Assembly: GCA_030536355.1 (NCBI GenBank)
Contig: JAUNQD010000002.1
Span: 920-64,919 of the forward strand
Direction: 5' to 3'
DNA from: Bacillota bacterium
GTDB taxonomy: Bacteria; Bacillota; Clostridia; Peptostreptococcales; Anaerovoracaceae
Length of the DNA: 64,000 bases
A program made the position numbers and the translations under genes. Positions 37,015 through 46,170 of this stretch are shown here, piece by piece; positions within the stretch are counted from its first letter, which is position 1, and each line of letters opens with the position of its first letter. The notes under the pieces are model-generated. The model was given only the letters and a program-made list of their open reading frames with translations. It was not told the origin of the DNA and made no database searches.

Positions 37015-37890
37015 TTACAGATTTTCCAGCTTTTCTGCAGCGCCGTCCAGCCAGTCGCCTTCGTAAAGCTCGATCATTCCCTTGTCGCATGCTGCTGCCA
37101 GTTTAGGATTGATAGGAAGTCTTCCCAGAACTTCCAGACCATATTCTGCAGCAACTTCTTCCACTTTACTTGGTCCGAATACAGGGATTTCCTTACCGCA
37201 GTCAGGGCAAGTGAAGTATGACATGTTTTCAACGAGACCCAGTACTGGGATATCCATCATTTCAGCCATCTTAACAGCCTTTCCTACGATCATTGATACC
37301 AGTTCCTGAGGTGAAGTCACTACGATGATTCCGTCTACAGGAAGTGACTGGAATACTGTCAGAGGAACGTCACCTGTTCCCGGAGGCATATCTACGAAGA
37401 GATAATCAACATCTCCCCACAGTACGTCTGTCCAGAACTGCTTAACTGTACCTGCGATAACAGGACCTCTCCATACTACAGGGTCTGTATCGTTTTCCAG
37501 CAGATTGTTTACTGACATAGTTCCGATGCCTGTTGAAGTCAGCAGTGGGAAAATACCCAGTTCGTTGGCTGAAGCCTTTTCAGTAATGCCAAAGGCCTTA
37601 GGGATAGAAGGTCCTGTGATGTCAGCGTCCAGGATAGAAGTTCTGAAACCTCTTCTCTGCATGTTTACAGCCATCAGTGAAGTTACCATTGATTTACCAA
37701 CTCCGCCCTTACCGCTCACAACAGCGATAACTTTCTTGATATCGTTAAATGAGTTTGTTTCTTCTATAAGGCTCTGTGGCTGGCTGCTGCAGTTTCCTGC
37801 ACTTGGACAGCTTGAGCAGCTTCCTGAATCACAACCTTCGCCGCAGCTTGATCCGCAGCCTTCTGCCTGCATGTTCTTTTCTTTATCCAT
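37015..37890 (-). CDS. Mrp/NBP35 (ApbC) Fe-S cluster carrier ATPase
   Basis: SGKGGVGKS, DADITGPS, VVWRGP, DMPPGTGD, ENMS..CPDC. Confidence 0.93.
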   Translation of the reverse strand: MDKEKNMQAEGCGSSCGEGCDSGSCSSCPSAGNCSSQPQSLIEETNSFNDIKKVIAVVSGKGGVGKSMVTSLMAVNMQRRGFRTSILDADITGPSIPKAFGITEKASANELGIFPLLTSTGIGTMSVNNLLENDTDPVVWRGPVIAGTVKQFWTDVLWGDVDYLFVDMPPGTGDVPLTVFQSLPVDGIIVVTSPQELVSMIVGKAVKMAEMMDIPVLGLVENMSYFTCPDCGKEIPVFGPSKVEEVAAEYGLEVLGRLPINPKLAAACDKGMIELYEGDWLDGAAEKLENL

Positions 37891-37987
37891 TTCTATGTAC
37901 CTCTTTCTTTTGTGGTCGTTTTAATACGGGCACTATGGCCCGTAATTTTTGACATATGTTTATTTAGATTATACTCCTGACATCGTT

Positions 37988-39268
37988 TTAACGCAAGGGG
38001 TGTTCATAAATCCCTTCAATATCATATCTTCTCACACGTCTCGCGATCTCCTCTGTATCAGTGGAGTAGAGCCTTCTTTCTTTCATCCTGGCAAAGTACT
38101 CTGCGCCGGCGAATGTGAACCTGGTCATAAGACCTTCTTCTTTTTTAAGGCTGCTATTTGCAAAGGCTATCAGATCTCCTATAGCAAGACTTGCCGGAAG
38201 TTCCAGAAGCTTCATGCCCATAATGAATCTTACAGCATTATGTCCCGCAAGGCTTCCCGTGGATATCGCCTCCGTATGCCCTACGAACAGCCCCGCCTTT
38301 TCACCTCCGCAAAAGAGGTTTCCTACGCCCGAAACTTTCATAGCATTATCTCTCTCTGCAACCGAAAGATACCTTATGGAGTTGCCCTTTCCACCGGCAT
38401 AAGGATCCACGTATCTGGCATTTTCGAATCCCGGTATACGCCTGAGGCTCTCAAGATCGAAAAACGGTGTCATTATCTTGGCATACCCGGTATCCAGAAG
38501 CACGATATTCTCCGCGTATTCGTCCAATGCATACTGCTTGCACACCTTCATGTCTAATTTTTCTTTTTTCACAGCTTCCTTTGGAAGAGGTATCACTGCT
38601 ACGCCTTTTTCATTCAAAGTCTGCCGGATCTCTTCACTGAGTGAGTTTTTCTCCAGTTTGCCGCTGCCGCTGAATGCTCCAAAGGATCCGTCTTTTCTCC
38701 TTCCCATTATATCGCTGCCTCCGGCCTTAGCACTGATGCTTACTCTGGGGCCGAACGCCGGACACCTTAATATGCACATACAGCAGCCGTTGCCATATGT
38801 AAGACAATTGCCCGGTCCTCCGGTAGAACCGGTAGTCTCTATGAAAGCGTCTGCTTCGATTTCTTCGCCGCCGGCAAGAATCAATTTTTCTATATCATCT
38901 CCACGCATTATGACATCTATAGCACGAGACATGAACCTGATATCTATATCTCGCTCCTTCAGAAGTTTCCTGACTTCCGGTTCGACCCGTGTAACATCAT
39001 AGAGACTTGCATGTCTATGTCCCGGAAAGTTCACATTGATATGACGAGAGCACTTGTCTGTTATGCCAAACAGCTCACCTGCGCCCAGTGCTATATTTTC
39101 TTCGGCGGCTGTGAACCGGCCGTTGTTTCTCATAATGCCGCCCACATTACCAAGGCCAAGGAGCATATCTGTCTTCTCAAGAAGCGTGACTTCAGCTCCG
39201 GCTTTTCTCGCTGTGAGTGCCGCTGCACATCCGGCCCATCCTCCACCGATAACTGCTACTTTATACAA
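37988..39268 (-). CDS. GidA/TrmFO-like FAD-dependent oxidoreductase with Cys cluster
   Basis: VIGGGWAGCAAA Rossmann, NC..YGNGCCMCILRC, GEKAG..VGHTEA; start set at TTG 39268. Confidence 0.8.
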   Translation of the reverse strand: MYKVAVIGGGWAGCAAALTARKAGAEVTLLEKTDMLLGLGNVGGIMRNNGRFTAAEENIALGAGELFGITDKCSRHINVNFPGHRHASLYDVTRVEPEVRKLLKERDIDIRFMSRAIDVIMRGDDIEKLILAGGEEIEADAFIETTGSTGGPGNCLTYGNGCCMCILRCPAFGPRVSISAKAGGSDIMGRRKDGSFGAFSGSGKLEKNSLSEEIRQTLNEKGVAVIPLPKEAVKKEKLDMKVCKQYALDEYAENIVLLDTGYAKIMTPFFDLESLRRIPGFENARYVDPYAGGKGNSIRYLSVAERDNAMKVSGVGNLFCGGEKAGLFVGHTEAISTGSLAGHNAVRFIMGMKLLELPASLAIGDLIAFANSSLKKEEGLMTRFTFAGAEYFARMKERRLYSTDTEEIARRVRRYDIEGIYEHPLR

Positions 39269-39332
39269 AACCAATCCCTCCCAACTGTTGTTTGATTATA
39301 ATATGCGGCGTGAGGTCAAACAGTGCACAACG

Positions 39333-39361
39333 AAAGACACCGTATCATACGATACGGTGTC
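39333..39361 (-). terminator. Terminator after NhaC-family gene
   Basis: GACACCGTATC/GATACGGTGTC 11-bp stem. Confidence 0.7.
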
Positions 39362-39414
39362 CCAACTATTGTTTAGTATGTTTTATTTTTCACCAATGAA
39401 GGTTTTGACGATCA

Positions 39415-40902
39415 TCATGCCATCACGAAGCCGAATACAAGGAAGAGTATCGCTGAGATAACTCCTGCTAAAAGTCCGAACGGCATCTGAGTGATAGCGT
39501 GTCTGAAGTTATCGCATCCGCATGCTGCTGAAGTCAGGATAGTAGCATCGGAGTAGAAGCAAACGTGGCTTCCCAGTACGCCTGCAGAAAGAACTGCTGC
39601 TACTGCCAGCGGCATGTGTACTCCCATCTGCATTGCCAGAGGGATAACGATAGGAAGTGCGATTATGTACATTCCCCAGTTAGTTCCTGTGATAAATTCT
39701 GTGATAGCCAGTGCAACGAAGATCACGAACGGAAGCATTGCTACACTTACATTTGATGATACTGTATCGATAACATACTGAGTAAATCCGATCTGATCGT
39801 TTACTGCTGCGAAGCACCATGCCAGTACCATCAGCATCAGCGGAAGAACCATGTTGCAGATACCCTTGATGCAGAGGTCTGCGAATTCCACCGCAGTCAT
39901 CAGACCTTGTGCCAGATATATTACGAACAGCAGAGCCACTGTGCAGATAACGCCCATCTGCATGTCAACGTCGAAAATGATAGTAAATACTACCAGGCTG
40001 ACGATAGGGATGATCAGGTTGATGATCCTAGGATTATCAGGGATCTCAATGTCGTCACCGCTGTGGATGTCGATCTTTTCTGATCCTTCAGGTGCGATAG
40101 GACCGCCTGCCTGAACTCTTTCATAAGCCTTCTTCATAGGTCCGAATACAGGTATGATCTTCAGCGCTACCAACGGAACGATGATAGCTGCGATCCATCC
40201 GTAGAAGTTGAACGGGATGGTCTTGATAAAGTAAATAAGTCCGTCGCCTTCAGGCGCCCATCCGTTAGTTTCGAGGAGTCCTCCTGCGAATACTGCCCAT
40301 GTTGAGATAGGGATAAGTACGCAGAGCGGAGCTGCAGTTGAGTCTACTACGTATGACAGCATTTCTCTAGGAACCTTATGCTTGTCAGTCAGTGAAGTCA
40401 TACATGATCCTACTGTCAGTGAGTTGAGATAGTCATCGATGAATACTACGATACCAAGGATCCATGTCCAGATGAGAGCTGACTTGTCGCTCTTAGCCTT
40501 TGTTGCCGCCCACTGTCCGAATGCGAATGCACCGCCGGATTTTTCGATGAGGGCGATGATGCTTCCCATGAGGCCGCATACGATGATCAGCCATGCCATG
40601 TCAGGGTCCAGCATAGTATCTGTCAAGATGGTACTGAAGTCCCCTATTACATTGACTGTTCCCAATAGCATGATAAGCCCCATGATGCATGCCAGTACCA
40701 ATGACTCAAGTATCCTCTTAGTAATAAAGATATACACGATGAGGAAAATCGCAGGGATAAGTGACCATGGACCGAAATCAGCCGGATCGTCCGGCATAAC
40801 GAAAGACAAAAGATAAGTAACGATAATTATTACCGCTGCAGCTATAACAGCACGAAGCGGTTCAAAATTATTCGCTTCCGATCTTAATGATTTTAAAATC
40901 AT
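39415..40902 (-). CDS. NhaC-family (Na+/H+ antiporter / amino-acid-type) transporter
   Basis: FIDDYLN, YVVDSTAAP..PISTWA, FITGTNWG, GSHVCFYSD. Confidence 0.85.
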   Translation of the reverse strand: MILKSLRSEANNFEPLRAVIAAAVIIIVTYLLSFVMPDDPADFGPWSLIPAIFLIVYIFITKRILESLVLACIMGLIMLLGTVNVIGDFSTILTDTMLDPDMAWLIIVCGLMGSIIALIEKSGGAFAFGQWAATKAKSDKSALIWTWILGIVVFIDDYLNSLTVGSCMTSLTDKHKVPREMLSYVVDSTAAPLCVLIPISTWAVFAGGLLETNGWAPEGDGLIYFIKTIPFNFYGWIAAIIVPLVALKIIPVFGPMKKAYERVQAGGPIAPEGSEKIDIHSGDDIEIPDNPRIINLIIPIVSLVVFTIIFDVDMQMGVICTVALLFVIYLAQGLMTAVEFADLCIKGICNMVLPLMLMVLAWCFAAVNDQIGFTQYVIDTVSSNVSVAMLPFVIFVALAITEFITGTNWGMYIIALPIVIPLAMQMGVHMPLAVAAVLSAGVLGSHVCFYSDATILTSAACGCDNFRHAITQMPFGLLAGVISAILFLVFGFVMA

Positions 40903-40956
40903 ATTTTGCCTCCTTTCTTGCTCGAATAATAATAAAAAGAAAATTGCTATAGGTGA

Positions 40957-40984
40957 ATTATAGCAATTTTCAGATAATTGTCAA
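40957..40984 (-). promoter_or_regulatory. Near-consensus sigmaA promoter of NhaC gene, overlapped by a 12-bp inverted repeat (40940-40970)
   Basis: TTGACA-N16-TATAAT with TGn; AAAATTGCTATA/TATAGCAATTTT. Confidence 0.75.
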
Positions 40985-40992
40985 TAGAATCT

Positions 40993-41931
40993 TTACTCTT
41001 TTTGTCTGCATTTGCACATTTTTTTCACGACGCCATTTTCATCCACATGACAGCAAGCCCCGCAGATACCTTCTCCGCAGCACATATGGAAGTTGTTCGA
41101 GTATATGAGCTTATGTTCAGGCACGTTTATCTTGGCTGTCAGAAGATCGATGTAATGATCAGATGCAAGGATAAATACTTTATCGTAGTCTTCCGCATGA
41201 TATACAGGAAGCTCGTTGAGCGGCATAACGATCACCTCCGAAATCTTCTCCTTACTCACAACTTCATCTACAAACTCCTTTGTCAGTTTTTCAGGATCTA
41301 TAACAAGCTCAATATTTGCTTTTGTTTCGGCATGATCCAATATGTTGACTGCGGGCGCCAGTCCTATTCCTTTAGTCACCATGAGCCATCGTTCTTTTTT
41401 TCTTGTCCCATGACCATTGTTTTGTTTTAAGACTGACTCCAATCCGCCTCCCAAAAGACCGCTCCTGTATATCCCTCTGACCATAAGGAAATCATCTGCT
41501 TCGGCTATATTCTTTGACTTGGCTGAGATCACCTTCAGCGCCAGATGAAGCTGTGCCCTTTGGATATCGACCTTCATAACAGATATGGGCAGGTTATAAA
41601 ATGCTCTCTCCCCACACTTATTCAAAAAAACGAAAGAGCCGGCTGCTGCTGCTTTTAATGCAGTCCCTCTTGGTACATCCAGCACAAGTATCAACAGGTC
41701 TTCCCCATACCATTTCTTTTCTGCTATCCTGCATTTTATATCGTTCCGCAGATTTGAAACCTTTTTATCGTTCTGTATGAATTCATTATATATACAAAGC
41801 CCACACCAGCTGCAATCGCACTTGTCGCTTCCTGACAGCCTGCTGCAGATAAGGCAGTCTCCTGTCTCGGCAAGAGGACATGGACAATTGACAGTTCCGG
41901 CATCGACACAAGTTTTATTCATGCGTTTCAT
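40993..41931 (-). CDS. PyrK-like (dihydroorotate/sulfide dehydrogenase electron-transfer subunit-like) Fe-S flavoprotein
   Basis: N-terminal C..CPC..C..C..CDC..C..C, GSFVFL..PIS, KGIGLAP, C-terminal MCCGEGICGAC..CKC. Confidence 0.8.
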   Translation of the reverse strand: MKRMNKTCVDAGTVNCPCPLAETGDCLICSRLSGSDKCDCSWCGLCIYNEFIQNDKKVSNLRNDIKCRIAEKKWYGEDLLILVLDVPRGTALKAAAAGSFVFLNKCGERAFYNLPISVMKVDIQRAQLHLALKVISAKSKNIAEADDFLMVRGIYRSGLLGGGLESVLKQNNGHGTRKKERWLMVTKGIGLAPAVNILDHAETKANIELVIDPEKLTKEFVDEVVSKEKISEVIVMPLNELPVYHAEDYDKVFILASDHYIDLLTAKINVPEHKLIYSNNFHMCCGEGICGACCHVDENGVVKKMCKCRQKE

Positions 41932-41989
41932 TATCATCCTCCCGAAAGTTTCATATATATCATTGATATGCCTTCGGAAGGAAAATTGT

Positions 41990-42835
41990 TTATTTCATCA
42001 GCACATATCCATAGTCCATCAGGCGATATGCGTCTTCGAACCAGTCCGGTGCGCTCATGACTACACATATCATAGAGTCATCCCCTCGCTTCGACGATGC
42101 CACCAATGTCCTGCCCGAGTTTTGAGTATAACCGATTTTTATCCCTGTGCCTCCTTCATATTCAAATACCGTTTTATTCTTATTATGAAAAGTGCAGTAA
42201 TCGCTGTTTTCACGAGCTGCTTGGCGGCTTGTTGAGCCAACGATCTTTCTGAAGGTCGGGTCTTTCATGGCTTCCATGCTTATGATGGCCATATCTCTTG
42301 CCGTAGTGTAATGCTCTTCGTCGAACAACCCACTGGGATTTGCAAAATGCGTATTTTTGCAGCCCAGGCTTTTTGCCTTTTCATTCATCATTTCGACAAA
42401 GTTTTCCTGTGTCCCTCCTATGATTTCTGCCAGTGCGGTGGCGGCATCGTTGCCTGAAACAAGCATGAGCCCATAAAGAAGATCTTCGATGGATATTTTT
42501 TCACCGGATTTCAGGTATATCGAAGACCCTTCCACTCCTTGCGCACATTCAGGGACTTCTATATCCTGATCCATGGGACTGTCGTTTTCTCTGAGGACTT
42601 CCAATGTTATCAGCGCTGTCATTATCTTGGTCGTGCTGGCAGGATATGCCTTTTCGTCGGCACACTTCTCATACATGACTTTGCCGTTTTCTCCGTTTAT
42701 CAATATAGCCTGACCTGCCGAAACGCCGATATCTTCCCCTGACGTTCTGATAACACCATGCTTGTCGGCATAAATAACAAAGGCGGCTGCCACCACAAGA
42801 ACGACCAGTGCAATAAAAACATATTTCTTGACCAT
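41990..42835 (-). CDS. D-alanyl-D-alanine carboxypeptidase (peptidase S11, DacB/DacF-like)
   Basis: PASTTK (SxxK), SGND (SxN), KIG (KTG-like), FANPSGL. Confidence 0.9.
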   Translation of the reverse strand: MVKKYVFIALVVLVVAAAFVIYADKHGVIRTSGEDIGVSAGQAILINGENGKVMYEKCADEKAYPASTTKIMTALITLEVLRENDSPMDQDIEVPECAQGVEGSSIYLKSGEKISIEDLLYGLMLVSGNDAATALAEIIGGTQENFVEMMNEKAKSLGCKNTHFANPSGLFDEEHYTTARDMAIISMEAMKDPTFRKIVGSTSRQAARENSDYCTFHNKNKTVFEYEGGTGIKIGYTQNSGRTLVASSKRGDDSMICVVMSAPDWFEDAYRLMDYGYVLMK

Positions 42836-42876
42836 AAAAAATCCCCCTTGCCAATTTACGTGGCAAAGGGGTTTTT
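42836..42876 (-). terminator. Hairpin after scpB that also contains the SD of the carboxypeptidase gene
   Basis: CCCCTTTGCCA/TGGCAAGGGGG stem then TTTTTT then ATG. Confidence 0.6.
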
Positions 42877-42903
42877 ATTCATTGTTATATGGTCATAGCC
42901 TGC

Positions 42904-43509
42904 CTATTTTTTCTCAGGAAGTTCCAGTGATATCTGCTGCATGTACACATCATCCATTGCTGCAGCATCATTGTCATCATCAGCCAAAACACCTTCTATA
43001 TCTTCTATGCTAGGCAGTTCCTTGAGGGTTTCGAAACCAAACTGCTTGAGGAATTCATCTGTAGTTCCGTATAATATCGGTCTTCCGACAGCATCCGATC
43101 TGCCGACTTCAGCCACAAGGTTTTTCTTGGTCAGTCCTTCTATTACTCTGTCGCATTTGATCCCTCTGATGGCTTCGATCTCGCCCTTTGTCACCGGCTG
43201 CTTATAAGCAACTATGGCAAGGACTTCAAGGGCTGATTGGGATAATCTCTTATGCTTGACAGGTGTACAGAGTCTTTCGATATAATCAAGGTTTTCTTTT
43301 CTTGTAACGAACTGGAAACTCTTATTCACTTCTCTGATAACTATGCCGCGTCCTTCCTGCTCGTATTCTTCCTGCAGTTCCTTGAAGTAGCTGTATATTT
43401 CTTTTTTATCTATGTTGAATATTTCTGCAACATCTTTGATGTCGAGAGGCTTGCCCCATACGAACATCATTGACTCTATTGCTGATTTTATCGTTTTCTT
43501 ACTTGCCAT
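42904..43509 (-). CDS. scpB: SMC-ScpAB complex subunit ScpB
   Basis: AIESMMF, LSQSALEVLAIVAYKQPVT, GRPILYGTT..FL; start moved to 43509. Confidence 0.95.
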   Translation of the reverse strand: MASKKTIKSAIESMMFVWGKPLDIKDVAEIFNIDKKEIYSYFKELQEEYEQEGRGIVIREVNKSFQFVTRKENLDYIERLCTPVKHKRLSQSALEVLAIVAYKQPVTKGEIEAIRGIKCDRVIEGLTKKNLVAEVGRSDAVGRPILYGTTDEFLKQFGFETLKELPSIEDIEGVLADDDNDAAAMDDVYMQQISLELPEKK

Positions 43510-44266
43510 CTTCCTTCTCCTCAAAAAGGTGTTCAGTCGCCTTGACTGTTATATCTCCGAACAAATACTTCTGCTTGGCATCCAATTTTCTTTCTTTCAT
43601 CATCTCAAGGACCGATGAGAATGTGACAGCCACATCATACATATCGGACTTGTCTTCTATCAGTTCTCTGAAATCTGCTTCTTTATCCATCTGCTCCTTG
43701 AAGAAATCCTTGATGCTCTCCATCCTAAGCTCATTGGTAATTCGCTGTTTCTCACTTCTCTTGTGATGTACTCTGATTTCTTCCAGCTTTTTCTTCCTTA
43801 AGAGGAAGGCTTCAAATGCAGCTTTGAACTTATCTATATCAAGGCTCAAATATTCATCCGGCTCTCCTGTATATTCGGTCAGATCTTCCTGCGGCTTTTC
43901 CAGACACATGGCAGTTTCTTCTCCTCGCATTTCCAGCATTTCGGAGATCGCCTTGAATCTCTTATACTCTACCAGCTTGGCTACCAGTTCAGTTCTCGGG
44001 TCTTCCATTATATCTGAAACACCATCTTCAGAAACTGTTCTCGGTAGGAGCATCTTTGATTTTATCTCAAGCAGAGCTGCAGCCAGCACCATGAATTCCG
44101 AAGAAAGATTGATGTCAGCACTTTTCAGCTCTTCCACATAGCTTATATATTGATTTGTTATCTCCGAGACCTTGATGTCATATATGCTCATCTCAGCATG
44201 TTCGATCAGATAAACGAGAAGATCGAAAGGTCCTTCGAAGACATTGAGTTTAACTCTGTAACTCAT
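43499..44266 (-). CDS. scpA: SMC-ScpAB complex subunit ScpA (kleisin)
   Basis: FEGPFDLLVYLI, SEFMVLAAALLEIKSKMLLP, DPRTELV. Confidence 0.95.
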   Translation of the reverse strand: MSYRVKLNVFEGPFDLLVYLIEHAEMSIYDIKVSEITNQYISYVEELKSADINLSSEFMVLAAALLEIKSKMLLPRTVSEDGVSDIMEDPRTELVAKLVEYKRFKAISEMLEMRGEETAMCLEKPQEDLTEYTGEPDEYLSLDIDKFKAAFEAFLLRKKKLEEIRVHHKRSEKQRITNELRMESIKDFFKEQMDKEADFRELIEDKSDMYDVAVTFSSVLEMMKERKLDAKQKYLFGDITVKATEHLFEEKEDGK

Positions 44267-44400
44267 AGATCCCTCCTAGTGCCAAAACATTATACCACAT
44301 TTCAACCAAAAAATGCAGAAGAATTGCATTACAACTAAAGCTGTGGAATTCTGGCATTTGATCTGCGCGCCAAATCAGAGATTTGGGCAGGTCATAAAAT

Positions 44401-44432
44401 TAAAGACCCCACCGTATTTGGTGGGGTCTTTA
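44401..44432 (-). terminator. Terminator after putrescine aminotransferase
   Basis: TAAAGACCCCACC/GGTGGGGTCTTTA 13-bp stem. Confidence 0.8.
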
Positions 44433-44485
44433 GGTATTAGATGAATATTACACCGATATTCCTTATCTACCTTGTTATGTAAGAC

Positions 44486-45868
44486 TTACAGGTTGAATTC
44501 AGCCTTAGTTGCAGCCAGTGCTTCGTCCAGAACTGCCAGTACTCTGTCGATTGATTCATATGACTGAGTTGCAGGTGGTTCGATTCTTACTGTCTTCGCA
44601 TTTACTAATGTTCCGGCAACCATAACCTTTCTGTCGAACATTTCCTTAGTTACGTTGTAACCAACTTCTGCTTCTGGGAATTCCATGCAGATCAGCAGAC
44701 CAGCGCCTCTGAATGTCTTCAGAACTGTAGGGTATTTTTCCTGCAGCTTAGCCAGTCCAGCCAGGTAGTAATCTCCCTTTTCCTTCATCTGTCCAGGGAT
44801 ATCGTTTTCGATCATGTACTTGATAGTAGCGATCATTGCTGAGCAAGCCAGAGGGTTTCCGCCGAATGTAGGTGATCCCAGGATCCAAGGATTTGAGAAC
44901 ATCTTACCAGTTTCGCCAGTTCCGATTCCGGACTGTTCATAAGTCCAAGGTCTAGCAACGATACCAGTGATAGGAACTACACCACCTGATGTAGCCTTAC
45001 CAAATGTCATGATGTCAGGAGTTACTCCGTCGTGGTTAACTCTGAACCATTCGCCAGTTCTTCCGAATCCAGTCTGGATTTCGTCAGCGATCAGGCAGCA
45101 ACCATATTCGTCACAGATTGCTCTCAGTTCAGCCATGTATCCATCCGGTGGAATGATAACTCCGCCTTCACCCTGGATAGGTTCTACGATGATTCCGGCA
45201 ACCTTTTCGCCTACAGCTGTCAGGTTCTTAACTGCAGCTCTTGCAGCTTCAGCGTTACCATATTCAACGTGCTGTACCTGCTGGATCATAGGAATGAAGT
45301 CTTCTCTGTAAGCAGCCTTACCGCCCATTGAGATAGCGCCCATTGACTTTCCGTGGAAAGCGTTAACTGTTGAGATGAACCACTTACCGCCTGTAGCCAG
45401 TCTAGCCAGCTTCAGAGCCATTTCTACAGCTTCAGCACCACCGTTAGTCAGGAATGAGTACTGCATATCTCCAGGAGTTACTTCTGCGATCAGGTTGCAG
45501 AGGTATCCTCTCAGTGGGTCAACCAGTTCCTGTGAGTGCAGGCAGTATCTGTCCAGCTGAGCAGCTACTGTCTTCTTGATCTGTCTGTTGTTGTGTCCGC
45601 AAGCATAGATACCGAATCCGCCTAAGCAGTCGATAAATTCAACGCCGTTCAGATCTCTGAATACGTCGCCATCATCTTCCCATTCTACGAATGCAGCGTC
45701 AGTTGATACTGACTTTCTGTATTCTAACCAACCAGGGTTATAGAACTTATTAAAGTTTTCGATTGAATCGTCATGGATAGCTTTCTTATCTTCTGCAGTC
45801 AGCTCTTCCTTTTCGATGTACTCACAAACACGTGTTGCAAGCTCTAATGCTTTCTTTAAATCCGCCAT
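44486..45868 (-). CDS. patA: Putrescine aminotransferase (class III PLP)
   Basis: FNKFYNPGWLEYRKSV, DCLGGFG, SQELVDPLR, FHGKSMGA, EPIQGEGG, DEIQTG, FGK, RIEPP; start moved to 45868. Confidence 0.85.
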   Translation of the reverse strand: MADLKKALELATRVCEYIEKEELTAEDKKAIHDDSIENFNKFYNPGWLEYRKSVSTDAAFVEWEDDGDVFRDLNGVEFIDCLGGFGIYACGHNNRQIKKTVAAQLDRYCLHSQELVDPLRGYLCNLIAEVTPGDMQYSFLTNGGAEAVEMALKLARLATGGKWFISTVNAFHGKSMGAISMGGKAAYREDFIPMIQQVQHVEYGNAEAARAAVKNLTAVGEKVAGIIVEPIQGEGGVIIPPDGYMAELRAICDEYGCCLIADEIQTGFGRTGEWFRVNHDGVTPDIMTFGKATSGGVVPITGIVARPWTYEQSGIGTGETGKMFSNPWILGSPTFGGNPLACSAMIATIKYMIENDIPGQMKEKGDYYLAGLAKLQEKYPTVLKTFRGAGLLICMEFPEAEVGYNVTKEMFDRKVMVAGTLVNAKTVRIEPPATQSYESIDRVLAVLDEALAATKAEFNL

Positions 45869-46170
45869 TTTAAACATCTCCTTTTAAAAATAAAATCAGT
45901 GTTAATTTGCGTGCCGCCTAGAGTTAGCGGCTATCGGTATAACTTCTTAATATAATTATATTAAAATAACATACTAATTCAAGTACGAAGTCCATATTTT
46001 TATGTTACAAACATGCTATAATACACCATTAATATAGCACTTTTTGCTTATTTAGCCCTTTATTAACATGCTTTTATGGACTTTTTAACTTGTTCCGTGT
46101 AGAATACTTCTTGTGCTGATATACTATTTATCAAATCATTAAAAGGAGTATTAATTAAGGAGCATTGATT

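Noticed and set aside
44352-44366. sigma54-like TGGCAT-N5-CTGC
   Set aside because: Imperfect -12 and it points antisense into the patA terminator with no gene to drive.
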